The notes beneath the pieces were generated by a model, which was given only the letters and a program-made list of their open reading frames with translations, was not told the origin of the DNA and did not search any database. A stretch of 64,000 bases of DNA from Octopus vulgaris (Eukaryota). Position 1 is the stretch's first letter; each line of letters begins with the position of its first letter. Made by a program: the position numbers and the translations under genes. Positions 12,824-27,400 of the stretch are shown here, in pieces. The stretch spans positions 49,042,001 through 49,106,000 of the forward strand of contig OX597814.1 of NCBI GenBank assembly GCA_951406725.2, in the 5' to 3' direction.

Positions 12824-15800
12824 CTGCAATAGAAATTATAATGAAATCAATAAGTTAATAACGACTCATGTAAAACATCTATATCATTGAAGCAATACCA
12901 ATCTAGAAAAGTTACTAACATACAAAACTATGGTTGCATGCTAAATATCTGAGATAACTAGAAAGCAAAAATAGAAAATAGCTCTGAGTAGTTAATTTTT
13001 CAATCAACAAGATATGCTGCCTTTGTTTCAACTAATTTGAAATCAATGAAGAATTTAGTAAAACAACTGTCGTTATCAAGCTACGTTTTGGGTCATTATC
13101 ATCATTTAATGTACGTTGTCCATACTGGCATGGGTTGGACAGAAACCAGAGCTGGCAAGCTGGGGGGGGGCTGCACCAGACTCCAATCTGATTTGGCATG
13201 GTTTATGAAATTTTGATGTAAGGTTCAATTTAGGTCACATTAAAACAGAATGTTTATCAGGAAACTAGAAGCAGTTTTAGGTGGGTTGATATGACAATGG
13301 TTAAAATCTTTCAATACACATTACACTATCAGTAGCAAAACAAAAGAAAAGCTACGAAAATCAGAAATAACTTCAACTTTAGTCTACAAGGAGCACCAGC
13401 TCATTTATTACAGATTTGATGAGTGGGTAAGCCATCTGACACATCTTTAATTTCCAGTTACTTTGCAATTATGCTTTAGTATCATGTCTCAAGTACCAGT
13501 AATGTGATCAGAAAAAATTCAGGCAATGAAAGACAGTACATCTATGATAAAATACAAAATCATAACCTGTTAGTTAACAATCTAACTTGGTTAATGAAAT
13601 TTCTGACTGAGTATAAAGTTAATTTTACAATGGAGGGTTAATATTGTCAAATGAATCAACTAGTTTAGAGAGGAAGAATTTCTATTGTTACCAAACTTTT
13701 CAGTGTCTCCATTACCAACAAGCCTAATCTCTCTGAACCCCTTACAAACTATTGACCAATTGCTCTCACTTCTAGCATTTCAAAAGTTAAAGTACATGAT
13801 TACAACACCTTCTTAGTAACTATCAGATCAACTACAGACTTGTTGCACTAGACACCAACAAAGCTTTACCTAAAGTTGTCCTACAGTCTACATCCACTTC
13901 TGATTCTTTAGACTGGAATCTTCCTGCAACATATGCCAATGGGATTCTCTTTGACTCACAATTTACAAACTCTAGTACATTCCAAAGTTTGGTTATGGTC
14001 TACCCCACATTTCATTCAGTACATTATGGAGATACTTGCAGTCATTTTTACCACAAATGGTACAACCATTCACTCATACTTCTTTAACCTGCATGCACAA
14101 CTTAAACACCATATGCAAGACACACACTGCTTTCATAAACAAAGGCTTTGAGAACATTTTTCAATCAGGAATCTTTTAACAACACTAAGACATAATTACT
14201 ACACATACCAAGAAAATGGACTTTATCTCACTAGCTATTCACAAACAACACAAATAAACCTTGAAAATGATTGTTAATCTTTGATGATCACACATGGTAA
14301 CCCCACATGTATGACATTACCTAAATCACATAACAAAAATTAGAAAATCTTATAAGAATTAGAAAATCTTGATCAGTTGCTGACCTACAAAGCTCAACTA
14401 AGATTATTCACATAGATGAAACTGTTGCTGTACAACATATATGGATACTGGGATTAAAATGAAGGCTATTTGACTAGCTAGCAATCATTCACTTACAACA
14501 TGCTACAACCACAAGATGTCAGACACAACATTTCCCTTCTGCTTTTTCTAAAGAGTGAAAGCAAGTAAAATACAGTTTAATTTTTTATATCTTTAGCTGT
14601 TCTGTCATTTTTATTGAGTTTTCTCCTGGCATGCAAATAAAGATTTCAGTAGCTTTTACAATTAAAATAAGCTAACTGTAAGTTTATTTTTCTCAGCTCA
14701 TAAAATGAACATTTACGGTTATTATGGAATCAAATTAAAACCAAAGTTTTCATAATTAACTCTAAAGTTGTATAATAATAAATCTGAAATTAATAGTTTA
14801 CATTTTAAACATAAACTGAAATATCTCTTTCAAATTATACTACCTTTCCACTGATTTTAAAAATCAATCATACTAAGAATTTATCTAATTCCACTTGATC
14901 ATATATTTGAATTAAAGAAACTATTTCCTACAAAGTTGCTTTTCTATGTAGATTATTGAAACACAAGAATAACTGAATAAATTAATGGCAGTAAATCACA
15001 TAACATTATTTCTTCAATGGTCAACTGTATGCAGGACATTCAGAAGTAAGAAATGAAAATATGTTGCACTCGTTTGAGATTCACATTAACTAAAAATAAC
15101 TGAAAATATCTAATTTACTGGCAACTTTTGTTTACAGAGAAAAATTGAATTAATCACTGCAGCAGTGTTTTGTCTGATATACAGCTTCAGAATATTAAAT
15201 GGCATTTAAATGGTTTCATACTCTATTTGACAATAATAATGAATGCTATGTGGGTGATTAAATCAGTCTTTTATCTTTTACTCTTCAACTATGTCATTTA
15301 CTGAATCATTGAGTATAGTCTTGAGAAAATTGTGGATGTCACTGTGAGATGAGATTTCATCTGACCTTTACTATGTTGACAACCTCAACAATTGACAACT
15401 ACATGAGTATCCAATCACTCACTGAACACCTGTGTGCATAACTCTCATGTTTGTGTGAAAATCAATGCAGCCAAGACAAAGACTGAATCCACTAGCATAT
15501 TGCCCTCTAAAACTGGCATACATCATATCCAATGGCAAGATTTTGGTAAAGATTGATAAGTTCTTTAATGCTACTTTTAATGCCACAGGCTTCAGTAAAG
15601 ATGAGACACATTTTTGCATCTGTATTGTCATGTGTCTTTGGTTTAGGTTGGAGATCCATGTAACTATAAAATCTATGAAACACTTGATTGGACATCCTGC
15701 AGTGTAGCTGCAAGATATGATCAATGAGCAAACCTATGCACGTTCTAGATATATGACCATTCAGTCTACACTAAGTTCATGCTTTAGATTGTGTGTTAAA

Positions 15801-17089
15801 TTCTGAAGTTTGCTGTTGTAGGATTGAAAATTCTTGCTCAATACTCAGCTGCATCAGATAGCCAATGTAGCTTGCTTCTACCTACATCAAGGGAAGAACT
15901 TTCCAACACTTTTAGTGCCACTGAAAACTTGCACAGACTCAAAGCAGCAGCAAATGTAACCTCTTGAAGAAAGCTGCAACTCTGAATAAAAACTGACAAA
16001 CTGATACAATATAGAAGAAACACTTAGTACTATGCACCCAATCTCTGCTGTAAATTGATGATGGAAGAGCAGCCGTCTGTAAAAATTACACCAAACAAAA
16101 AGAAATGAACAGAGATATGTACTCCACATGCCACAATATAGGCAACCCGTATAAGAAGAGCAGTACTCAGAACAAAAACTAATACAGAATAGAGGGGTCT
16201 CTTTGATCTAGCTGAAAGCCTCTCTAGTGCTGGTAGCACAACAAAATACATGTGGGTTTATGCTGTAAAGTGGTTAAGGGCATCCACAGAAAAAAACCTG
16301 CCAAAACATGGTGTACACAACACACAAAAATTGGTAATAAAGGAAGGACAACCAACAGGAGATGAGACACTGAGACCCATTCAACCATGCCAGCATGGAA
16401 AAAGTAGGCATAGAAAATGCATTTATCTATATACAGGTCACCATACATCTACTTTTTTCATGTATTCTCAAGAATAAAACATCTATTTGCATTGGATGTG
16501 TGTATATTCTTTGAGTATTTTTTACTGGATTCATGCTGGAACACTGCTCTGAAGGGTTAGTCAATCATAGTGATTCATTTCTAAAGGACTTCTCTGGCCC
16601 TACCATTAATTAGATTTACAATCCATTAATCTTCTTAGCCCACTATTCTTGTGAGGGTCAAGGAAACAGAGTCCTCAGGCACCTCCTCCCTAGAGTCTTA
16701 TCAGAAGCAAGTGTCATTAAATTTTCTGATTGGGTCTTCATAAAATACATATTTTGTACTATCTCAAGTTATAGTCAACACAATTACTTAATTATGCTAC
16801 TCCAGTTTTCTAAGTTAATGAATTCAATAAAAGCCTTCAAAAAATGTTGAAGATTATAAACAAAGATAACTGAAAACCAGTCTTTATAAGTTTGATGTAA
16901 ACGTAATTAATAATACATGTTACAAGTCCTTTGAAGTTATAGGTATGCATTTATGCCCTTGCTGGTTAACAAGATGTATGCACAGGATCTACTTGGCCTA
17001 TATCATTCAGAAATATGGTTTTAGAGATCCTCATCATTATCCTGAGTGTCATATTTGACATATACAGCCGGCATAATTTTCAGTTATTT

Positions 17090-19160
17090 CCACAAAAACA
17101 AAGGTCTGTGCAAGCTAAGTTGTGTCTCCTACATTAATAACTCTGGGCTGTATAAATTTTTATACTGACATACAACCAACTCCACAGTGTCATGTGATAG
17201 AGTTGGAACTGTCATAGTTGTAAAACGTATCTCACAATAATTATTCTGGTTGTAGTCATTTTTTAAAAATAATAGATTGAATAAATCATAGTGACTTGTA
17301 TCACATACTACTCTTCTAGTCCACACACACAGTGCATTCAAAGGTGACTTGCTGCACTTTGCAATGGGGGTGCTGTCTTAGGTCAAGGACACTTATATGG
17401 TGCCCTATGGGCAGTATGTTAAGTTGACTAATTCATCCTTCACTTCCTGAGTTAATTGCTTCTTCTGTCAGTTTCATCAATGCTCAGATGATGCCTGTCA
17501 ATATTTATGTACTCTTGAAACCATTTGGTTTTGTCTACTCAAGAGAATCTTACAATATTGTCTACTCCAATGAATGCCTGGAATATTGGTAATGCAGTTA
17601 CCTTGTCTTGTTCCAGCACACACTAGATTGGCTCAATCAACAAAGTACCTGATACAATACACAAGACTAAATTAGCAGAGCTTGTAACGAACAGCCAGAA
17701 TCAAAGCTGAAGAAGAGATGTTCTATGCATCAGGATAGCAATATGATTCAGCTATTGCTAAACAGATTATCCATGTATCAATTATCCTAAGAGGGTTATT
17801 TTCAACTGCATGTCATGCTTCTTGCACATTCTAATGCTGATGCAATGACTAACTTTTAGAAAGTTGTGGTATTTTTGAGTCCAACTAATGCAAAGCAGTT
17901 CTGTCTTCTCATTAGATAAGAAGCATCCCACCAATACACATTCTGTCCAGATAAGTTGATTACATGCAGGTGTTTTCACAAATATTTACAAGATTGCTGG
18001 GCTTCAATTTCCTGTAACAGAGCTGAATTTGTGTTCAATCCCATCAGAAAAAGCATTCCAAGAAATGTAATATAATGAAGGTGGTGTTGCCCTATTAATG
18101 TCCATACTTTGTTTTGAAATTTTTTTGTGAGGATGACCACAAAGTTGAAACTACTCAACAAGCTTTGTTGCTTAATACAAGGCTTTTGTAGAATCCACAT
18201 CACAAATAAAAGCACTGATGCAACTTCATATCTTCACTACTGCTCAGAATCAATAAATGTTCATATCATTTAGATCACTCGTGTGTACAGATGACACTGA
18301 AATTTCACTCATTATTTTCTCCAAGTCAAAACTCTCCATTCTTAATTAAATCATTAATAAAAAAAATCATTAGTAAATAACATCACTGATTTCTAAGTCT
18401 TTGCTTAAGATATTTATTACCATGACACTCAAAAATTGAAGGAATAAAAAGTCTGAATTCACTCAAACAATAAATGTATACAATACAAACAGAGAAGTCC
18501 TCTGATAGGATGTTCTTGCTAAAATGAAGCTAAATTTCATTTCTTGCACAGAAAAGTCCTTCATTCCTGTTTTACAAACCCAAACAATGGTTGTAATTAC
18601 TTGCAATAAAGAACTAGGTTAATGTTTGTGTTGCCAGCAATCTTCTACTGAATGAATATTTGCCTTGCCATTATTTCACCCTTGTTTTCCATTTTGTACA
18701 TATCAAAGACCAGAATAACCTCATCAAAAACTACTATCAAACTGAACAGCCTGTCATTGAATTGTTGGTCTTGATCTCTAGCTGTGGTGGTTGTCTCAGA
18801 TTTCTTTTACCATCAGTTGCTACAAAGAATATTCCATCCACAATGGCAAGTGTGTGGAAGATGTTTCTGCTTCACAAACATGTTACTCAAATATTGGCAC
18901 CTTGTGCATTTTGAAAATTTCAATGGCATTTTTTTTAGGGGTTGGGAGTACCAACTTTTCACAGGAACTTTGAGTGTCAGTACATAGATGTTTTGCTTTT
19001 CTTCTTGTTTCCTGACATAAACATGGCATTCTGCTTCTTGACACCTGTAGAAAGTGATTCTTTCAGTAAAATACAAACTAAAAAGTTTTCTGGCCACTTT
19101 TGTCCACATTCAGAATTTCTACAAACATTTATCATGAAGGAGTGAAGTTAATCCCTTTTT
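17090..19160 (-). mobile_element. Decayed Academ-like (XPG-domain) DNA transposon; may extend to ~20700
   Basis: Minus-strand remnants in order: FLSNEKTEL (~17860), PIFQAFIGVDNIVRFS*VDKTKWFQ (17589-17515, XPG/H3TH-like FHAFTGxD motif), LVNLTYCP, and C-terminal ELVVC...NLACTDLCFC (Cys-rich finger). Confidence 0.6.
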
Positions 19161-19269
19161 GCGTCAAAGGGGGATTCCCATAATTCAGTATAGTAGCACT
19201 GACCTTGTTGTCAATGTTATACTCTTAGTTGTATCTCAAGGTGTTTTTGTGCGGTATGAGTAAGGACAT

Positions 19270-19634
19270 TAAACTTGGCCAAAGGCCCCCATTTGATCCT
19301 TGGAGTCATATATGCCCCCCCACCTGAAAATATTTTTATTTTTCAATATACTACTTATTTTCAGCAAATAATGATGAAAAAATAAAGGATGTCGTTTTAC
19401 ATATGCAGTTGGGAGTACAGATGTACAAACTGAAATGCAAAAGAAGCAAAATAATGAATTGAAAGTTTGGTAATTACATTTATTTCCACCATGCAACACA
19501 TATGAGATCAACATATTGTCTATCAAGAGTGCTCTTTGGTACAAGAGAGCCCCTTTGCTCCAAAACGACCCCCTTGAGCTCCAAATGCCCCCCCCCTGGG
19601 GGGGAGGTCATATAGCCCCCGTTGAGAACCTTTG
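19270..19634. mobile_element. hAT (Charlie-like) non-autonomous element end
   Basis: C-rich subterminal motifs ending GCCCCCGTTGAGAACCTTTG, resembling the CAGGGGTTCTCAAC TIR class. Confidence 0.5.
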
Positions 19635-21898
19635 CCCTAGTGTATCCAGTAAGAATTGTTGCCACGTGTTAACATTATTGGAAGTATCAACTAACCAAGA
19701 GTCATCCTCTTTAGTTGTTTGCATGTATGGTCAGTGCCAATGGAGACAAATGGTATCTCATTCTTCATGACATCTTCCTGTCAGGCCTGAATTTTGGATG
19801 ACTTCTCTTCAGCTCCTAAAATACTACAAGTGGAGTCCTTGTTTCTGCAAACATAACTAGGCAGAGTGAATGAAGAGTTTATTGGTCAGAAGATATCCTT
19901 TTTATATCACTTAGGAGCACATATGTTCCTGATAGCACTGACCACATAATAGATAAAAAGGCCTAAAAGTGTAAAAAAATGTTAGGATTAGAAATCTAAT
20001 AATGCTTCCAGTGGTTTTCTTGATCCAGAAAGCACAGGATTAGCCTATTTAATTATGTTGCTAGGGTAACTAAAGCTGAGATTGTGCAAACAATGTATTT
20101 TTTTTTTTTTTGGCAGACATATTGAAAATCCAAAATAACAGTGTTGGTAAAAGGTTTTGCTGAACTTGACATCAACATAGCATTCAACAGTGTCTGGCAC
20201 ACAAAACTTGCCTTCTAATGGCTCCAACCCGTCTCTTAGATCAGTAGCTTCCTATCAGATCATACCACTGTGGCATGGGCAGATGAAACTTACTGACACA
20301 TTATCAACACTGGTGTGCCAAAAGGCTGTATTTTGCCCTCATAATCTTCTTCCTAAAGGTTTACGACTTACTAGCAGTCACCTTTAACAATATCCAGGTA
20401 ATGACACATTTCATTCCTCCCTAACCTTTCACACACATGCAACATCTATATGTAGCCTACACACATGACCCCCCAAAGCTGCACTGACTCATGAAGAGGG
20501 ACCCAAAAAATAACTTCCAATGGAGTCATGCCAATTTTGTGTCCAACATAAAGATGCAATCACTATAAAAGGGTAAAGACCTCCTTCAGTCATCAATGAC
20601 CATGGGATTGCATCTAGAAAGTTCTCTGAGGTACAAATTTGGGCAAGGTTGTTTATGGAAGACCAGCAGTTGCACATGCATACCAGCCTCCCCTCACTGA
20701 TGTTATCCAAGGGAAAGACAAAGGCCGATAGAGCTTGGCAACTATTTTTACAGCTGAGTGGAATGGAGCAATGTGAAATAAAGTCTCTTACTCAAAAACA
20801 CAACACAGTCTGACCCATGAATTGAACTCACTAACTCGTGATTGTGAGCCCAATGCTCTAACCACTGAGCCATGCACCTTCATGCTATACAAATCAAGAC
20901 AACAATATCATAAAGGATGTTTATTTGTCTGGTGAGATCCTCAGTTATAGTGAGGTCTAGCATTTGTAGCATCTTTGCAGGTTCCAGTTGTTTATGTTTA
21001 GAACTCACAGGAATCGACCCATTATAAATTGTGATATGGTTATTGTTCACAAGAGAACATGTACGTGCAACCTGTGGAAAGGTGTGCCTCTCAGTTGGAG
21101 GATTGAAAAGGTATGTCAAAAGAGTATATACTGTAGCATCTGTTCCTTCTGCCAGCCAGCACAGCTGTGCATTATGTAATAGAATGTGCAAATCTTTGGC
21201 CAGGCTCAAGAGTCATCCAAGGGCCTAACATTGCATCGACAATGACTCATTTAAGTGATTCTTTCTACCAACTATGGCTTCGTTCATATATGCGAAAGCA
21301 GCTAATATATATATATATATATCATCATCATCATTTAACATCCGTTTTCCATGCTGGCATGGGATGAACGGTTTGACTGAGGTCTGGAGAGCCAGCGGCT
21401 GCACAAGGCTCCAATCTGATCCGGCAATGTTTCTATAGCTAGATGCCCTTTCTAACACCAACAATTTCACAGAGGGTACTGTGTGTTTTTTTATGACACC
21501 AAAGCCAATGGGATCACCAAATAGCTTGCCAGAAATAGAGGGATAGAAATAGGTGTCTTGCTATAGAGAAGGTATTTGGCTGCCCCAGTTGGAAAAGAAA
21601 GATGGACAGAGTGAGAGAGAAAGATGATGGTAGAGATATGGCAGTACATATCCTCAAGGTACAGTAGGAGTATATATGTTGATACAGAGGATTGAACAGG
21701 GTGAATAGGCAAGAGGGATAGAGAGGGATGTTTCATAAGAGTATCAGGGTAGATGGTCAGAGATAAGAGGTGACTGTAGCAATTGATGGTTTAAGATATA
21801 GGAGAGGTTCAGGGGGTTATGGTAGATATATGAGGGCGCTAAGAGTAATTGTATGCAGATAAGCAAGTGAAAGACAGTGGAGGTGCATGCTGCAGGTG

Positions 21899-21901
<3 letters not shown>

Positions 21902-21960
<59 letters not shown>
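21902..21960. repeat. (TA)n microsatellite
   Basis: Read directly. Confidence 0.98.
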
Positions 21961-21962
<2 letters not shown>

Positions 21963-23735
21963 TCATCATCGTTTAATGTCTGCTCTCCATGCTAGCATGG
22001 CTTGGACGATTTTACCAAGGTCTGGCAAACCAGATGGCTGCACCAGACCCCAATCTGATCTGGCAGAGTTTTTACAGCTGGATGCTCTTCCTAACACCAA
22101 CCACTCCAAGAGTGTAGTGGGTGCTTTTACGTGCCACTGGCACGAGGGTAAGTCAGGCAGTACTGGCAATGGCCACACTCAAATGGTGCTTTTTATGTGC
22201 CACCTGCACAGGAGCCAGTCCAGCAGCCCTGGCAATGACCTCGCTCGAATGTTTTTTCACGTGCCACTAGTACAAGTGCCAGTAAGGCAACGCAGGTAAC
22301 AATCATGCTTGAATGGAATTTTTTACGTGCCACTGGCATGGAGGCCAGCTTGTTGCTCTGGCAACGATCGCGCTCGTATGGTACTCTTAACGCTCCACTA
22401 GCACGGATGCCAGTCATCAAATTCAATTTCGATTTCACTTGCCTCAACAGGTCTTCGCAAGCAGAGTTTAGTGTCCAATGAAGGAAAGGTATGCATAAGT
22501 GGGCTGGCTACACCCCTGGCATAGGCCACAAGGTTATGGTCTCACTTGAGCTTGCCGAGTCTTCTCAAGCACAGCATATTTCCAAAGGTCCTGGTCACTA
22601 GTCATTGCCTTGGTGAGGCCCAATGTTCGAAGGTCATGCTTCACCACCTCATTCCAAGTCTTCCTGGGTCTACCTTTTCCACAGGTTCCCTCAACCACTA
22701 GGGTGTGGCACTTTTTCACACAGCTATCCACATCCATTCTCGCCACATGGCCATACCAGCGCAGTCGTCTCTCTTGCACACCACATCTGATGCTTCTTAG
22801 GTCCAACTTTTCTCTCAAGGTACTTACACTCTGTCGAGTATGCACACTGACATTACACATCTAGCAGAGCATATTGGCTTCATTCCTTGCAAGCTTACGC
22901 ATGTCCTCAGCAGTCACGGCCCATGTTTCACTGCCATGTAGCATGGCTGTTCATACACATGCGTCATACAGTCTACCTATTACTCTGGGCGAGAGGCCCT
23001 TTATCGCCAGCAGAGGTAAGAGCTCTCTGAACTTTGCCCAGGCTATTCTTATTCTAGCAGCTACACTTTCAGCGCACCCTCCCCTGCTACTGACTTGGTC
23101 ACCTAGGTAACGGAAGCTATCAACTACTTCTAGTTTTTCTCCCTGTAATGTGGCAGAAGTTGTTCTCTACACATTTTCAATGTTATTTGAAAACTATCTT
23201 CCCAGTTAGCCTGCCTTTGATATTGCTGCACCTCTTATGTGTCCATAGCTTACACTGGGTACATCTTATAGAGTTTCTACTTACGCCTTTTCTACAGATT
23301 GAGCAGGACCATCTACTTGAAGGGATTTGTAATTTGCCTGCCTTCCTATTTATTAGGACTTTGGTTTTAGCTAGGTTGACTCTAAGGCCCTTCGATTCTA
23401 ATCCTTGTTTCCACATTTGAAACTTCTACTCTAGTTCTGATAGTAACTCAGCAATTAGAGCAAGATCATCAGCATAGAGGAGTCCCAGGGGCATCCTGTC
23501 TTGAATTCCTCCATTATTGTCTGGAGGATTATGATAAAAAGGAGGGGGCTGAGGATTGAACCTTGGTAGACCCCTACCTCTACCCGGAATTCTTCACTGT
23601 ACTTGTTGCCAACCCTCACCTTACTGACAGTGTCCTTGTACATGGCTTGCACAACTCTCACCATTCATCTATACCTAGTTTCCTCACTGACCACCAGATA
23701 AGGGATCGGGGGACCTTGTCAAAGGCTTTCTCCAC
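21961..23735 (-). mobile_element. 5'-truncated RTE-clade LINE: RT C-terminal half, repeat-containing 3' UTR and (GAT)n tail
   Basis: EKAFDKVPR, VGVYQGSILSPLLF, LYADDL, GLRVNLAKTKVL, RRLRWYGHVARM, GRPRKTWNEVV. The tail abuts a (TA)n tract. Confidence 0.93.
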
Positions 23736-26479
23736 ATATGTATATATATATATATACATACTTTTATTCTTTTACTTGTTTCAGTCATTTGACTGTGGCC
23801 ATGCTGGAGCACGCCCTTGGTGCTATATATCCCTCACAGTAATTTATGCACAACTCTACATACAAATTATTTTTTTTTACTGTTGAAATGCTTAATCACA
23901 ATATTATAAGTTGTTAAAATTTCTGCTTTCAACAAGGCAGTTAAAACTTTCAGATATTCTCAGAATGGCCTTATCAATAAAATGATATGGTCAGGAAATT
24001 TCTGCTGGATATATTTGGGATATTGCTTAAGCTATAGCAAAGAATACCAGAAATTGCCTTGAGTTTACCACTAACTGCACAAGATCTTCCTTTCTGGCAC
24101 TACAAACAAATTGATCAGAGATTTGTCACCACTTGCAGATCAAAAATAGATACTTGACCTATATTCGAAGCAACACATTCTTGAACTCATTAAAATAGTC
24201 GAATAAAACACAAACTTGCATTTGATAGTCTACTTTTGTGTTCTAGTTTTCATTTTCTTCAGTTTAGCCAAAAGTCATATTTGTGGTCAGAAAACCACTC
24301 ACCATTTAACTACTTTTAAGCTAGTCACTAGATCAAGCCTTCAGCTTACCAAATAATTTCCGTAGTGAAAAATATCCAATAAAAGCAGAATTGTAATTTA
24401 ATGCTTTTCATCAACCGTTTTTTTCATGCTGGTAGCAAGTACCGAACAGGTCTGCTGTTTAATATATTGACTATTTCTGACAAACGATCAACCAACCAGT
24501 CTAGACCCTACTTTCATATGCCAAGGGCGTTGTTTCTGAGTATGTCAATTAATTTTACACGCCCCAGTTAACCGAGTTGCTGAAATATGCACCTTGTTTC
24601 GATATACATGAGTCCCATTCAGATTTATCATTCTTCCATATCATTTTGCGAAACAGGAGCTTAGCACTTGCCCTGAAAGAACTATTCTGGGCCTAGGGAA
24701 TATAGGAAAATATCATCAATATTGAAGCAAGGCTAAAATTTTACCATCTTGTTACCTTCAATAATCTCTGAACATTTTGATCAATTTAAAACAAAGGCTC
24801 GGTTTGTTGTCCACGGCTAATTTCCTAGCTACTACAAGAAGAAATTAAATATATGCCCTAAAATGATGCAAATCATTACATGAGATTATTATTCAGGAAA
24901 CAAAAAAGAAAACTTTTGGATTTCAGCTTTTCAAATTACCCGGGAAAGTTAGAATATTGCATTTACAGCATTTATCGGTCGGTTACCAGGTTAGCCAGCA
25001 ACACGTTAGTTGTAAAATGTTTACATATAATGTTAAAGATCTCCGGTAACTGTAATAGTACCAATTCTCATCATTTTTTTCAAAATAAGTAACATCTGAG
25101 AGATATCAACGATATTTACTTAATTTGTAAAAGTAAGAGACGTGGGAACTGGAAAGGAGGTTTGAATTCAAAAACAATGAATAATAAACCAATGTCGACA
25201 TTCAATTAAGTCATATAGAAATTTTTCAATATTACTCAATGATCTAGATTTTCTTTATTCGTATATCGAAACCCAAACAAAAGAGTAAAAAATCATCAAT
25301 TACATAAAAATTAATGAGAAGGAAAGAGAAGCGGAAACAAAAGTTTAGTTTTATGAAAAGTTTTTGTTTTGCTTTTTCATGAACAAAAGTAGACGACAAG
25401 GATATTTCAACAGCAACAAGGGAATAAATAAGACAAAGGGTAGCCGCAATATAATGTTCACAAAAAGATTTAGTTTTTATGTTCCCCCAATAGTTGCATA
25501 GGAAAATGAAAATTAAATCTTTAGTAGATATGCTGCGTAAACAATATAAAAAAATACAATAAACTATAATATGTAAACAACGAAATCCGAAAGACAAAAG
25601 AAAACAAACGATTTCGCTCGATGAAATCGAACCGTACCTAGAGATATATTTATGAAAAAATTTAAATGCAGGCATGAACTACAATAAACGGGGACAGAAG
25701 AGTTCGTTTGTTAACTGAATTAATAGCACGGCATACGAGGATAACAATACCTATGTGAATAGTGAGGAGGGGTTATACAGCAGCTCAGAAAGGAAAACGA
25801 AATGCAATTTCACCGTTAACTACAAACAAAATATAAACACCAGCAGTAAGAGGATGAAAACATAAGGAGTAAAAGAGAAATATAAAACAAGGGAGAAACG
25901 CTTTATAAATAATAATTCTTTAAAATTTACTGTACTAAAAGAAACGATATATGAAAAAAAATAATTGCAAGACAGAAAAAGGCAGAAGTTATGGAAAGGG
26001 AAGGAAAGAGAGAAGTAAAACAGAGAGGAAATAGAAAGAGAAGGGAAGAAAGAAATGGGAAAACAGGAAAAACAAGAGTGACAGAGGTAGAGGGAGGGAG
26101 GGAGGAATAAGTAAAAAAAAATAAGGGAGGTAATAATTTGTAAACTGAAATTAATCTAATTACAAAAAAAATAAACTTTTTCATCATATAGTTATATATG
26201 CATACATATATATAAACATACGATAGTTAATTAGTGAAAAGAAATGGTAATGCTGTTAAAATAATACGATCTGAAATAATTTCAGTTACAAACTAATACC
26301 GGTTTATTTATCGGACCGACTCCGTAAAATTCAAGGGGGTAAAATATATAATCAAATATCGTTAGAACGATCGGGATATGTTAACAACAAATATAAACCA
26401 TTGTACTGATCAGTTATGTTAGAATATTTAATAAATATAGCTGTACACTTAAAAAGCACATCAATTAACTAAGCAACAA

Positions 26480-27400
26480 TTTAACAGGAAGTGTTGAACA
26501 ACGTCAATATTTAAATATCCAACATGGCTTCTGGAAATCAAAAGCCAGAGAATGCAACGGATAAAGTAGATAATATAATGTAACAAAGCAGGAAATTATT
26601 CTCAATTTGGAAATGTAAGATTATTTAGCAATAAAATGATAAATTGAACAAGCAATCTGAAATTTGAATAACTAACAGTACATTCAAATCCTCACAGAGA
26701 AAAATAGTTTGTACGAAACAAAGAAAAACCTACCACTTTTAGTGTTAAATCGTTTAGGTTCTTTCTTTCGGCTAAGGTATTCCAGATATTCATTTTAGTC
26801 TACAATTACAAAATTTTGATCATTGCGTGATGAAATATAATTAAATCGTTATTCTTAATTCAAAGTCGTTTCCAGAGGAAACAAATAGGAATCTGCTACT
26901 TCATCTGTGAACAGTACTGCGCATATGCATTAATAACTTCCGGTAAACTCAGGCTGGGCTCTTCTCATTACCTTTAACAAGCTGCTTAGTAGGCAAAATA
27001 ACCTAAGATTTTCTTATTTACGAATTACTTTCGCTACTAATATTCATAAATATATTTTGAACCATGGAAATGAAAATAATTAATAAACTGTACAACGGAA
27101 TTTAGACATGTACTTACAACGTTATACAAAAATAATCATTTACAGTAGGAGTATGAGAAGAAGCGGGATCAGTTATGAAAAAATCCTTCAATAGCGTGAT
27201 TATACAGCGAGTGCTGTATCGGTTAATACAATGCATCTCTACTGGTACTACTTTTATTATTTCTCAAATCCTAGATAAACTTAAAATTACTTATTGATAC
27301 CATTAAAATGTACTTCCGATAGTGTTTAATAATATTTCGAAAGTTGTTGTTATCCTCCACCCCCTTTTGTCTTTAATTTATCAATAACTTTGAACTTTGG
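26480..27400. promoter_or_regulatory. CpG-enriched housekeeping-type promoter region, possibly bidirectional
   Basis: ETS-type ACTTCCGGT 26936-26944, ACAGGAAGTG 26484-26493 and ACTTCCG 27312-27318. NRF1-like TGCGCATATGCA 26918-26929. YY1-like CCAACATGGC 26519-26528. CpG is visibly more frequent across ~24.4-28.9 kb, which is nearly free of recognisable SINEs. Confidence 0.55.
26734..26900 (-). other. Probable non-coding first exon of BRPF1 (5' end uncertain)
   Basis: Minus-strand donor AAAAGTG|gtaggt at 26734/26733, just downstream of ETS and NRF1-like motifs in a CpG-enriched zone. The exon at 12823 needs an upstream donor. Confidence 0.45.

Noticed and set aside
26524-26583. Plus-strand ATG in good context (AACATGG) as the start of a divergent gene
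   Set aside because: Stops after 19 codons with no convincing donor before the stop. Better read as a YY1-like motif.
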